Shown here piece by piece: positions 39,372-51,545 of a DNA stretch of 64,000 nt. Location of the stretch: the NCBI GenBank assembly GCA_026770705.1, contig JANJGN010000041.1, forward strand, positions 1,426,001 to 1,490,000. The letters run 5' to 3'. A model generated the notes under the pieces. It was not told where the DNA came from. It saw nothing but the letters and a program-made list of their open reading frames with translations, and did no database searches. Numbering within the stretch: position 1 is the first letter of the stretch; every line of letters starts with the position of its first letter. Position numbers and translations under genes: made by a program. The DNA comes from Isurus oxyrinchus (lineage: Eukaryota).

Positions 39372-41939
39372 TGAACAGATACAGAATTCTGTCGTTAATA
39401 ATTGCAGACACACGGTGAAGGTTAGCTCAACTATGTGCATGTCAAAGGAACACATCACTAACTGAGATGGACAGTAACTGGAATCCACGTCTAAATGTGT
39501 CTCCCAAATCGGATTTTATTAATCAGCAGAGACACTGATAAATGTAATGATTGACCAGGTGAAGTATTACAGGAATTCTTCACTGTGAAAAATTTAGAAT
39601 CATTCAGCAGTGATGGAGGCCATTTGGCCCAACGAGTCTCTGCTGGTTCATTGAGAGGTTTACCGAATCATACCATCCCCATAGCTTCTCATCCCCCATC
39701 GCCCTGTCATTACCTTCCCTGTCAATTATTCATATAATTTCTCTTTTGAAAGGTGTGACTGAATCTGCATTTGTTACCTTTTCAGGCAGCACGTTCCAAA
39801 TCACAACATCTCGCTGCATCATAAATACATTCTGTTCATCTTTCCTCCACTTACTTTGTGAATTATCATTAATATATTTCTACTGCTTTCTCAATCCCCC
39901 ACCCTCGATTGTACCCCACTGTTATTACTGGAAGAAGAGTTGGGGAATTACACCTGATGCCATGGGACCAATAATTATCCAGCGATTAGTATCAATGATA
40001 CAGACTCTCTAGCCATTACGTCACTGGTGTTTGAAGAGCTTGCTGTGGCCATATTGAGTTCTTTGTGTCCCGCCTGACAGAAGAGATGGCAGTTCAAAAC
40101 TAATCCACTGCCGTGTTCTTAACTCTGGTGAAATCTGCGGTTAAGCTGCTTCTCCAGAATTCCTGGTCTTTCTTTGAACTAATTCATCGAGGCGTCATGG
40201 AATTCGAACTCAATGTGGGAGGCATCCAGAGAGAATACCTGCCGACCTCTGAGAGCCTGTCCCGCCAGGGGGTACAGGCTTTTTCGGGGGATGTTGATGG
40301 CCCTGGTCTTTGGGACAATGGATGTGAGTTCCGATTCCCGCATTGGAGCGGGAAAATGCGAATGTGCCCTTGGTATTTCCTGACCTCCCTCCCCACCATA
40401 GTCAATAGGTTGACACAGCGGCACTGAAGTAGGCGCTGATGTTGGTACTTGATTCAATAGCAGTGGGGCAGGTTTCATTGGTCTGCACATGTGTCAGTGG
40501 ACCAAACACACTGGACCTTCCTCATCCCACTGCAAATCCCCTCTCCACCTCTGAGCCGTGAACAGGCCACGCAACACATGGCTCTCCTACAATGCCTGCT
40601 CCGTTGGCTGCACTTCCCGAAAGAACAAGCATTCCTATAATCTACCAACGTTTGAATAGCTCTTGCTGCCATGGTGCCATGGTTACTTTCCCCCTGCACT
40701 CTACAGCCACCACTTCCAACCTTACTGGCCGCCAGAGCCTGTTGCACATTCAGGAAGCCTGATGCTCCTCCATTTCTTCTTCCTCTGTTCCCCATGCCTG
40801 CCACACTCGCAGGCAGCCCTCCTGTCCCTAGCCACTGATCAAATCAGAAGACCCTGCCTGAATAATGTGACTGCCCCCTAGTACAAAGTGCCCAGGCAAC
40901 TGTCCCACTCCCAGGGGCATCACTGTGTCCGCGGCTGGGCCTCCATGTGACACTCACTGCCACCCTGCCTCTTGCCTTGCAAGTTGTTTCTCCATTTCTC
41001 TCTCTCACGCATTCTCTCTCCACCAAACCCATGTCTCTGTTTCTCCACCACTTTCCTTAGTGCATCCTTTTCTGAACCCCTTGCTCAGTTCCTCACTCTC
41101 TCATCTCCATATCTCGATGACTATCTCTTGATCATATTTTCATTGATTCACGGGACGTGGGCTTTGCTGGCTGGGTCCAGAATTTACTGCTCATCAGTAA
41201 TTTCTCCCTTGAGAAAGTGATGGGGGAGCCACCTTCTTGAACTGCTGCAGTCCATGTGGTGTCCAAACACCCACCGTGCTGTAAGGAATGGAGTTAAATC
41301 TTCATGCTCTGTTCCACTGTTTGGCTATTTTTGTCACCATTGATCTTCCTTCTCCAGCTCCATCTTCCACTCATGCCAACTCTGTCTTTATCTCGCCTTC
41401 TCCCTTTCTCTCTCTCACTCCACCTTCCACATCTGCACTGATGGTTAAATATTTCAATTTTATTCCCCTGCTTGTTGGTTAATAATTTACCCCTAAAGCG
41501 GAACTGCCCTTTCTCCAGTCGCCATCCTGTCTGACTCCAGATAGGAATGAGCTGTCCCTGGATATGATCCAGAAGATCAATGCCTTCCTTTTGGGGACAA
41601 TATGCAATCCCTCAATGAATGATTGTCTACATATCATCAGATTAACTGATCTAATGCTGTGAAATAATGCAAGGAGATGTTTTATCAGTAGTGTATATGT
41701 CTATATATATTTATAGTGTGCCAAATGGAGACTACAGCCCCATCATTTCACCCAATGCCATGAGGTTCCATTAGATGCTCGTTGAATTTCGAGTCCTCGC
41801 AGGCCCACCCTCTTCTGACAGTATCCTAATGGGCTACCAAATCTGGTGAGCTGGCTCTGCCGCTGGTGATGATTATTCGCAGGGACAGTGATGGGAAATT
41901 CTGAGCCATTGGCTTTATGGTATCATTCGGTGAGTTTAG

Positions 41940-42500
41940 CTATGTCAGGCCATTGATCGGCCAGTCTCTGGGGCTACGCCACAAATGTTGTCGTTCCCTT
42001 GAACAGTCAAGTGCTGATGAGGCACAATTTTCACGTGGCAGCATTTGTGCCCTCGGCGAACCCACATCCACTGAATGGGGGCAGTGGACACGCTGCCACA
42101 AATCGCCACCAATTTTAATGGCAGCCCTGCTCGGGGGCCCAAACTCTCGGACTGGGCACTGGAGGTTCTGAAGGATGCATTGCAGAGGTGGAGCGATGCA
42201 CTGCAGAGGTGCATCTGACTGACCCAAGCTCACCTTCCTGCCCCTCTCCTCCTCCAACAGCTGACATTGTCCTCCCTGGTCTAACACTCTCCTCCCTTTC
42301 CCCGTCCGGACCAGGTGGATCTCTAGCACAATGACATTCAACAAGAACTCTCATCATCCCGGTGAATCCAGGAGGTTGTCCAACATATACGAGCAGCCTG
42401 GCACTGATCTTGTTCAGTTGATGCCTGCTGGGGTACTGGATTGTGACCCTGTTCATGAAGTGGTGTGCACTGCAGAACATCCGGCTGCGCTGCACTGGTG
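41940..42500 (+). mobile_element. Possible PIF/Harbinger transposase remnant
   Basis: Weak motifs AID (41949), PGGSL (~42311) and VCTAEH (~42463) in the expected order; very degenerate. Confidence 0.3.
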
Positions 42501-44564
42501 GATGGTCAGCTCCTGAATTATTCTTCATGAGTTACCATCTGCAACAGCCTACAACTCATGGATGCACCCACAAACTGACTGGTGCACACCAGTCTATGTC
42601 CTGTGTCCATATTCCTGCCTTAGCCCCGTTCCCCTCAAAACATTTGACGTTCAAACATCTCCCCATCTCATATTTAAAGGTACCATCTTCCTTTCACTAA
42701 CTGCCATTTGTGGAAGAGAGATTCAACTCTCTGCTACCCTTTGTGTGTCGATGTATCCTTTTCCGAGAATAACAAAGCAGCGTGAATATCTTCTACATAT
42801 CCAACTTCGCTCGAATCTAATCGAATATTTAAGATTCTTGACCAAGGACAACAATGAATCTGGTTTCATACAACAATCTAACCTTAGCTTGTACCCTATA
42901 TTTTTATTCTGCTCCAAGTGCAGAGTGCTCAGACTGTTCTGCGATGAATTCCCCTCAAATTACAAATCGATTCTTCAGGCTATTCATCTAGCCAGTCAGC
43001 ATGCACTTTCTGGCTCCTGATTAATTCTGATGCTGGAGCCATTGGAGCCCAAATGTGGCCAAATGCAATCTCCGTTCAAACCTTATCTTTTTACTCTACT
43101 CAAACCTGCATGAAAGCAAATGACTGTTAAAGAGAAGCCAAGTCAAAGGCATCTTAACAATATTCCAATAATACCTACATATCAATGAATTTCATCAATA
43201 ACACTATGTACAGTAGAATTGCTATTGTAGGTAACAATAATTGCACCAATGTATCAATGAGCTGATTCCTAACAATGTTAGAACATCGGTTTCTTTTCGA
43301 TATGCCTTACCCTGCACTTGACACTCTCTCCTGCATTCTTCAGTGAATCAGGCTTGGTCGCTTGCTTTGAACGTTATGGTGGTGTCAGGAATATGGCAGG
43401 CAATATCCTTGCCGGTTGTATTTGAAGTTAATTTCGCTGCTGCTGATGGCCCTTGACGCCTTGTGGATGTTGAGATTTTAGCTGTGTGGTCTGGTCTGAA
43501 TCTATCCCATTGAATCCAATGGTTGCCAGAAAATACAATGGAGAGTATCCTCAGTGTGAAGACAGGAGTCCGTCATCACAAGGGCTGTGTGGTGGTCATT
43601 CCTATCAACACTGTCAGGGACAGATGCAACTGTAGCAAGTAGATTGCTGATGAAGATGTCGTGTAGAAACATCGCTCTTGTTGGTTCTATTCTGCCATTC
43701 AGGGCTCGGACACCTAGGTCTGTAACGGTGACTCTGAGCCACTCTTGGTGATGGACATGCAGGTGCCACAGCAAAGAACATTATGTGCATTTGATATGCT
43801 CAGTGTTTTTTCCATGTTGTGTTTAACATGGAGGAGTATCTATTGAACAGATTCGGTAAAATGGTATGCGGGAGTCAGCAGGATCTTCCGTTTCTATTGT
43901 TTGCCCACCTGTGTTGAGACATCAGAGAGACTGGAGTCTGTGTTGAGCACTCCTGTCATAAGCCTACAGTTATGCATTTCTCTGTGTCAACACATCGGGA
44001 AGAACTTTTCATTCACTGGGTCATTACTTACCCAGGGATGTGGACGATGAGCCTGTGACATTGCCTTTTCAGTTATGATTATTCCAGAGTGATTATGTAG
44101 GAGCAGCCGGGTGTCAAAGTGGCCCTGCCATTACCTGACCTGCCTTCACTCCATGCTGATATGGTGATGCACCGATCCGAGTGCCAATTTGGACATGGAC
44201 AAGAGGCAGTGATCGATGCAACCAGTTTTATTCACATGATGCAGAAAGCAGTGGGCTGGGGTCACTGCATTCTCAGAATGTATCAGAGCAGGATTTATGG
44301 AATTACAGTTAGCTCCAGTAGGAGCCTTGGACATCTCGCACATAGGGACATGTTATGTTTAGGCAATTACTTTTTTATGCAGCAAGTGAGCCAAAATATG
44401 AAGTATGCCAAGAACCACCTCTCATATATTTAACATTGGACAAATCTGCAGGTGCCTCCAAAATCATCACACTCTCTCCGTTGTCCATGGAAACAGAAAT
44501 GAATAATTCAGTGCTACAAACTTTTAAAGCTCTGCCGTATCAGGCTGCCATGTAACGAATTTCT

Positions 44565-44840
44565 CTGGAGACCAGAATTGTGCACAGTTCTCCAGCTGTG
44601 GTCTAACCGACGGATATGGAGACCATAACTGTGCGTGCTACTCCAATGTGTTCTAACCGAGTAACATGGAGGCTGGAACTGTGCATAGTTCTCTAAGCGT
44701 GGTTGATTCGAGGTATATAGAGGCCAGAGCTCTGCACAGTGCTCCAAGCATGGTATAACCGATTGATATGGCGGATGGAACTGTGTACAGTTCTCCAGGT
44801 GTGCTGAAAGCGATTGTTATGGAGATGGGACTGTGCACAA
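44565..44840 (-). repeat. 51-bp CR1-derived minisatellite, ~5 units (intron of copy 3)
   Basis: ggagaccagaattgtgcacagttctccagctgtggtctaaccga repeated. Confidence 0.9.
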
Positions 44841-44984
44841 GGGAAATGCTGCACTTTCTGCATAAAGGAGGAGGGGCAATGGTGGGTTTGAAACACGGTC
44901 CAGACTGATAGGTACCCTCCCGCCCAGCAGGGCATTACTGTCCTAGCAGAGTGAATGGTGATGAAGATGTCTCCCCACATCCGC

Positions 44985-45066
44985 CGGCGGGGGGGGGGGG
45001 GGGGGGTGGTGCAGAGGGGGGGGGGTGCAGGGGGGGGGGGGGGTTGGCGGTGAGGGGTGCGGGGGG
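44985..45066 (+). repeat. Poly-G tracts (G-quadruplex-capable)
   Basis: Several long G runs separated by tgca/tg spacers. Confidence 0.85.
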
Positions 45067-45449
45067 ACACACTGCGGCAGAGCCATAAAACCCTGACCAA
45101 AGTCTGTAGGTAATGCAGGATCTCATCGAGGGTCACCTCGCAGATGGGATGAACAAGGCAACTACGATAGTTGCTTGGGTTATTATCGACAATGATGATT
45201 CATTTTCTTTTAAAAACGATTATGGAAGGGTGCAAAACGGATATGGACAGCTTTCTGTTTAGGAAAGGTTTTAAGGTTTGTGGAATCAAGATGGGCAGAT
45301 GAAGTTAAGACAAAATTTGAAACCTATTTCACTGTATCAAGTGACTTTACAAAAATGAATTGCAATCAGGATATGTGATTGTGGGGGTCGTACAGAAATT
45401 GCATATACATTGTACATTTAAATCTCAGGAATTATATGTCCTGGTGACA

Positions 45450-48400
45450 GGTGTTGACAATGCCTTGACATGAAGCGATTAATGTCCATCATGTTGTAGG
45501 AAATTATTTAAATGCTGGGATTGTTGTAGTGCCTCTGTCTATGTTTGTGTCTGTGTATCTTAACTGGATGAAAGCCAGAGAGGCTGGTTGATTGATGTGC
45601 AGTAGTTTTGGATTTTAGTTAGATAAAGAGAAGCAGTAAAAGGTAAAATGGAATGCATATTTGTTGAACAAACCATTCAAAAGATTGGTAAAATGTTGCT
45701 CCTAGCTACGTGACACCAAGCAATGTCTTTGCATTGCTAATAAAATGGTTGGAACGAAAGGATTATTGTTAACAGAGGTAAAATTAAAGAAAAACAAACT
45801 AGTAAAGCAAATGAAAATTTGCATTCAAAGGGAAAGCTAGATTTAAGCATAAATTAGTTTGTACATACGAGTCATTGACAGCTAAGATCAAACCATGTTG
45901 TCAGCTTGGAGCTGTCTCTGCGAAGAAACAAATTGAAATGAACCACAATTTGAATTCCTAAGTTCAAATGTGCTTTGCCTGGTGTCAATACAAAGTCTAC
46001 TAGTTATTGGTGCCTTGGTGAAAATTTACCTGGGAGCAATTAATTTCAGAAATTGTTTAAAATGTATTAAGTTAATAATTTGTTTACATGTGTATACGTT
46101 ACAATTTGTTGTTAATTTAATAAATGTTTACTTTAGTTTTACATAAAAACCTCGTGAAGATTGATCGTTTTATTTCCGAATTCAGAGTTGCATCTCAAGC
46201 ATACCAGTATAGGCTATGATAGTTCTTCAATTTTCCCTTTTGATTTGTGACAAATAAGCTTTTATCAACTGCTGGGTTGTTAGAGCCTATTGTAGTAGAA
46301 GAACCTGTTGAGACAGAATCAGCAGAGCTTGGGCAGAAAGAGAATCCTAGTGTTTCCAAACTGTGTGGTGATTAAACCATAGGTGAACTCATTTACACAG
46401 GAAGTGGAATAATCTAACAGACAGGCAGACAATGCTGAAATTCAATCGGTTGGATCAATCCTTGAAAATATTGCTCAGGATGAGAGGGTTGAAGAGGATA
46501 AGACTGAAGTATTCAGTTCATTAGTGGAACTAAATATGCAATGCCCATTCGTAACACAGGTAAACCGCACCGTTTAATCTGAAGCAGAAGCAGAATGCAT
46601 TACAGAGTATATTTACATTCAGAACAATGTTAATCAAGAAATTGAGGCAGCGTCTTGTTCATGTAGATAGAAAGTGGACAGTAGTGCACGAAATAGTGAT
46701 ACCATCTGTGTACTGAAATTAAATTTTGAGAGCACCTCATAAAATTCCAATCGCTGTAAATGTGGGAATTAGGAATACCCAAGCTAATGACAATGTTGGA
46801 AACAATCTCTTGGACTTGATTACATGAAGATGTACACAAATTCTGTCAAACATGTCCCATTTGTCAGTTGTGACTTAAAGCAATAGCAGCTGTTAAACCT
46901 GCACATTTAGTGCAAATGCCAGCGTTTGAGGAACCATTTAACAGTTTCCTGATTGATTGTGTAGGACACCTCCCTCAGACTAAAAGTGGTAATCAGTACT
47001 TACTGACAGTCATATATGTGTCCAGAAATTTACAGAAGCTTGCCTTTAAGGAAAAATGCAGCAAAGTGGAGTAAGTCATTTTATATTTGAATGTATGGAT
47101 CAACAAAAGAAATACAGTCGAATCAGTGTTCGAAATTCATATCACAGCTGTGTAGATAAGTTATGGACAGCGTAGGAATATAACAATTTATGAAGTCAGC
47201 GGATCTCCCTGAATCACAGTGTGCCTTAGAATGGTGGTAACACTGCGTAAATGCTATAATTAGCGTATGTGTTCAAGACTATCCACATGGTTATTTTAGA
47301 AGGGATTTTATTCTTTTTGTTTCCTTCAGGGGCATACTTAATGTGTCAAAAGGATTCAGTCCTTTTGAGTTAATTTATGGTCATGCAATGAGGGGAAAGT
47401 TCAAACTGATTCAGGCCAAATTCATGGGGCAAATCTCAGATACTTCTTTTTTGGACCATGTGGCGAATTTCAGAGAAAGATTGAGGAAGGCATCTGAGCT
47501 ATGCAGGGAAATGTTAGTTACACCTCAGCAAGTGCCGAAGGAAAATACAGCTTAAAGGACAAAGTTTCGTAGTTTTTTAGCTGTGGACAAATTGTTAGTT
47601 TTGTTTCCAGTGTTAGGTGAGCATTTGAAGCCAATGTTTAGCAGGCTTTACCAGGTGGAAAAGGGGCTAAGTGTGGTAATCTATGTGGTAAAGTACCCCA
47701 GGTCGTAGGAAGAGCCAGCCGGTGCATCATTGAAATTTGCATAAACATATTTTTAATAGACAGGATAAACAGGAAGAGGTACTTGTAGTTGTAAGTAAGG
47801 GAACAGAGGTAAAGGGTAAGGATTCTGAACCTGACCTACATCTGATTTAAATGCATAATGAGGAAGTACTGAGGAGCATAAATTTGTTCTTAGGTTACCT
47901 TCCAGAAAAGCGCCAGGGTGATTGAAAACTGCTATTGCAGTCATACAAAAGAATTGGGAAATACATATTCGGCTGTACATGATACTGAGTAGGGGAATTA
48001 AGCTTCAAAAAGGCAACACGTTTAGAGATGAAATCCAGTAAAATTACCAATAGAACAGGAGGAAATTCAATTTCTGCTTCAACATGACAGGATAAGGCCT
48101 GGTCACAATAATTGGAGCTCAGCCAACGTAATAGTGCGGAAAACATTTGGGTTACAAACACACTATTGATTACCGAAAAATGAACGCCATAACAAAGGCT
48201 CATTCATATCACAGGCGACGATCAGACGAGCTAGCAAGGAATCCAGACAGTGTACACTTACCACAAAAATTGACTTGCTGAGAGGATACCCTTATGTGAA
48301 AGGGCATCAGCGTTTCTGATGCTGGATGGTCTACATCAACGCCATTATTGAAAGCTCTTTGGCATGAAAAATAAATGCACCAGCAGTGCTTCCTGGAAGG

Positions 48401-48450
48401 ATAATGGAAGATTATGCAATTGTTGAAATGACTCAATTTGAAATTTTTAA
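45450..48450 (+). mobile_element. Gmr1-like Ty3/Gypsy LTR retrotransposon remnant (integrase upstream of RT)
   Basis: Integrase motifs CQTCPICQ, AFEEPFNSFLIDCVGHLPQTKSGNQYLLTVI (~46920) and GFSPFELIYGHAMRG (~47352), followed by RT motifs NWSSANVIVRK, IDYRKMNAITKAHSY and TKIDLLRGY (48110-48290). AT-rich LTR-like region ~45450-46283. Confidence 0.85.
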
Positions 48451-48802
48451 AATGACAGAGCTATGGAGAATGAGTTGATATGGAGTCGGCAGATCGATAG
48501 CTCTGTCAATACGCCAAGAGAGGCTAAATGGCCAAAATGGCCTTATTTTGTGCAAAATGATTCTTACTTCTAACACAGTGACGTTGTTTATTAAACCTTC
48601 TCCACTTCAATCATTACACCGCCCTGTCTCCCTCTTAATTACCACACATCCGACTTGGAATAGTTATTGCGTCGTCATCACTGTTAAAGTGCAGCCAATC
48701 CCCATTGTGTGCATGTTATTATTAACTAGTGAACAGTCGCTCAATTGCTAAAAAGAACATTGGTGTCTGGTTATCTCCTTGTGACTCTCAGGAGCTCAGG
48801 AT

Positions 48803-48866
48803 ATGATGTTGAAAGCTCTGTTTGCAGTACTTGGATTCCTGTTGCTGGGAGAGACTCTCTCTATCT
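48803..48866 (+). CDS. Beta-defensin-like copy 4, exon 1 (signal peptide MMLKALFAVLGFLLLGETLSI); 3' boundary uncertain
   Basis: The 5'UTR gtgactctcaggagctcagg and 21 codons align with copy-2 exon 1; K followed by a hydrophobic core. No GT at the homologous donor; the frame runs on to TAG at 48911. Confidence 0.6.
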
Positions 48867-49665
48867 CGCTCCAAGAGATTGTGCAATTGGGAGTTGAGTG
48901 TGTCTCTCAATAGTGATTCTTGAGCAACATTGATTGGAACAGGAGTCCATTCAACCACTCGAGCCTGTACTATCACTGAACTGGTACAGGGCAGATAGTT
49001 GCTTTACTCCAACTGCCTAGAACAGTCAAAATGATTTCCAAATGCAAATTTACTATTTTTAGTCTGGTGCATTTTCACACAATTCGCTAAATTGTTTTTT
49101 TTTTATTTAGATAATCAGCAGCGAGGCTTATCATAGAAACGGTTCTTCTTTTCCCCTCGTATTTCTCATCTGCGTTCGACCCCTTGGTGATGTATTCCCT
49201 GAACACAATACCGTGTGGACAAATCCTTCCCTATTTCCCCTTTTCCAATTGTTGTCTCCATCTCCTTCCCCGTCTTGTCCAGCAGTTTCACAACCGTGAG
49301 GGGATACCTGCGCCCCAAAGATACTGTCAGAATGTGCACCAACATTGGAGGCTGTGTCTTCAGATGCCCTTGAATTCCCTCCCTCTGTTCATGAGGCTTG
49401 GTATAAGTTGTTTTTCATCATGTTCCTGTTAAGTACACTAATTGGTTTTATATTAAATTGAAGATGCGACAGAAGTTGTTTTCATTCTGGCTGTGCAAAG
49501 CCCAAACCACCATTTTCATCTGTGAGGCGCTGTCTTGAATACAATGCACAGATAAAGTGGCTCTGATAGACCACACTTGGGGAACAGTGCACATTTTTCC
49601 TGATTTGAGCACAATCGACTTTCCTGGCTCGTGGCATCAATAACCTCCTCCTGTCTCTTCACCAG

Positions 49666-49814
49666 GTACATTACTGGGATGTCCCAGCGTTGGAGGGAAA
49701 TGTAGATTCAGCCACTGTAAGCGAGCTGAGACCCGAGTCACAAATAAATGTCTTCCTTTCTTCAAGTGCTGCATGAAACATTCAGTCACAAAAAGTATAC
49801 ATGTACCATTCTGA
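49666..49814 (+). CDS. Beta-defensin-like copy 4, exon 2 (mature peptide GTLLGCPSVGGKCRFSHCKRAETRVTNKCLPFFKCCMKHSVTKSIHVPF)
   Basis: Good acceptor cctcctgtctcttcaccAG, phase 1; C-x6-C-x4-C-x10-C-x5-CC with GxC and the conserved Glu between C3 and C4; 9 K/R versus 1 E; AATAAA at 49922-49927. Confidence 0.85.
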
Positions 49815-51235
49815 ATCCCGTCTGAGGCTCCAGCTGAAGCTGACAGTCTTTTCTGTAAGTCACGCTCTGCCACCTGCCCTAGAAGCAGCCCCACGTGGCC
49901 CACTGTTTTCTGCTTCATGTGAATAAAACCTGCTGCATTGATCAACTCCTCTTGTCCGTTGCTCATTTCACATTTACATCACCACGTACTGAACAGGGGA
50001 TGAAGGGGGAGGTTGGCAAATGGGCAGGACCACTTTGACATGGGATAATGCCACAACAGATCCGGCCTCAGAAACACACAATTTCCAACCAATGCCCCAG
50101 GCTCTTCCGGCACAATCCAGGATCTGCCCTGCACCACGAGTAGGGCAGAGGCATCCGGGGTAACGGCGGAGTGGCAGACAGTCCAGTGGGGGCAATAATG
50201 CGCAGCACCCAGCATTTACTGCAGTGTCTATGGTGCCTCACAGAGCATCAGGGAGAAGACATAAAACGAGGAGAAAAGGAAAATAATGTGGATGCTGCTA
50301 ATCTGACAAAAAAACATAAACATTTGGAAACGCCAAGCAGATCTAAAAGCAGCTGAGGGGAAGAAATAAATCCACAGATAATTGGAATCCGTGTAAATCT
50401 TCCTCAGAGCCTTGGTTCAAAGGAAGTTTCATTCAGACACAGGAAAGAAAGACTCTTGCGGCTTCCCAAATTTCATCTCTCCTCAGTTGGTGGATAGTTT
50501 GTCCTGTGTGCTGAACACCAAGTTAAAGGAGTACTGGGAGAGCAGATTGCACGCTGATGGCGAGTCCCCGATGTTCCTTACCAGGAATGACTCAGCAGTG
50601 GTACGGCTCACGATTTGTTTGGGCCATGAAGAAAATGGACGGCAAGGATTCAAGAACAGGGTTCCTGATTACCTTCTCGAGGGCAACTTACATTGAGCAG
50701 CAAAAATGTGGCCTAGCCACTACACCTCCATCAGGAGGAATAATAATAGGGCATATCTGTCAGGGTTGCTCTGTGCCAGTTGGTGAAAGAACCGGCAGCA
50801 TGCAAAAAACAACATGTCAATATTTTCCTCACCAACTGTCGGTTTTGCAAATGCCAATGTCATCTTAGTTGGAGCGATCACTGCACAAAGCTTTGGAGCA
50901 GAAGTGTTGCAATCACACTGAGGAATTATTCCATTGTGTTGAGCGTCACTCCCACAGTGTTAGATGTATCACATTCAGAACGGAACTAGCAGCGCTATAC
51001 TGTGCGTATGTGAGGCACTGTGGGCCATCAGCAGCAGCGGAATTATGTCACAACCACAATCACCAATCATGGCCCAGCATATACCCCAATCCACCATAAC
51101 CACCAAATTAAGAGTGCAAACATGGCACAATGCAGAATGCAGAGACCATGTCAGGAGCAGCATCAGGTATGCCAAAACATCGATGGGTTGAGCTGTAGCA
51201 CATGCAACAGCTGCAAGTATATTTGCGGGAGGGTA

Positions 51236-51545
51236 TGGTGTTGTGGTATTGTCACTGATCTATTGACCTAGCGATCCAAAGTAATGCACTGGTGTCTTGA
51301 ATTCCAATCCTGCTCCAGCAGGTGGATAAATTCAATGAAAAACAGAATAGCTGGAAATAAAACTCTATTGGTGAACATGACAACATTGTCAATTGTCGAT
51401 TGTCGATTGCTGGAACAGCGCTTCCTTCTGGTTTCACATGTGCTGTCCTTACCTGTTCTGTTCTGCTGTGAATACACATCCACAGCAATATGTGGTTGGT
51501 AGAAATGTCTCTGGGGCTGACCAAGGTAATAAAGCCTCGCCAATC
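51236..51545 (+). mobile_element. tRNA-derived SINE (same family as 37065-37381)
   Basis: Head tggtgttgtggtattgtcactg; body ctggtttcac...gtccttacctg...ccacagcaatatgtggttg; tail aataaagcc. Confidence 0.7.

Larger units (their letters stand above)
44367..45136 (-). pseudogene. Beta-defensin-like pseudogene, copy 3 (exon-1 remnant ~45062-45136; exon 2 44367-44485)
   Basis: Exon 2: QRRECDDFGGTCRFVQC*IYERWFLAYFIFWLTCCIKK* = C-x6-C-x4-C-x9-(Y)-x6-CC, with TAA at 44430-44432, C4->Y (TAC) and no AG acceptor. AATAAA intact at 44227-44232. Exon-1 remnant gtgaccctcg...QTLVRVLWL. Confidence 0.85.

Noticed and set aside
49283-49400. Possible middle exon for copy 4 (ccAG...G|GTATAA)
   Set aside because: The sequence is the L2 3' fragment shared with other copies' introns, and copy 2 shows a direct phase-1 two-exon structure.
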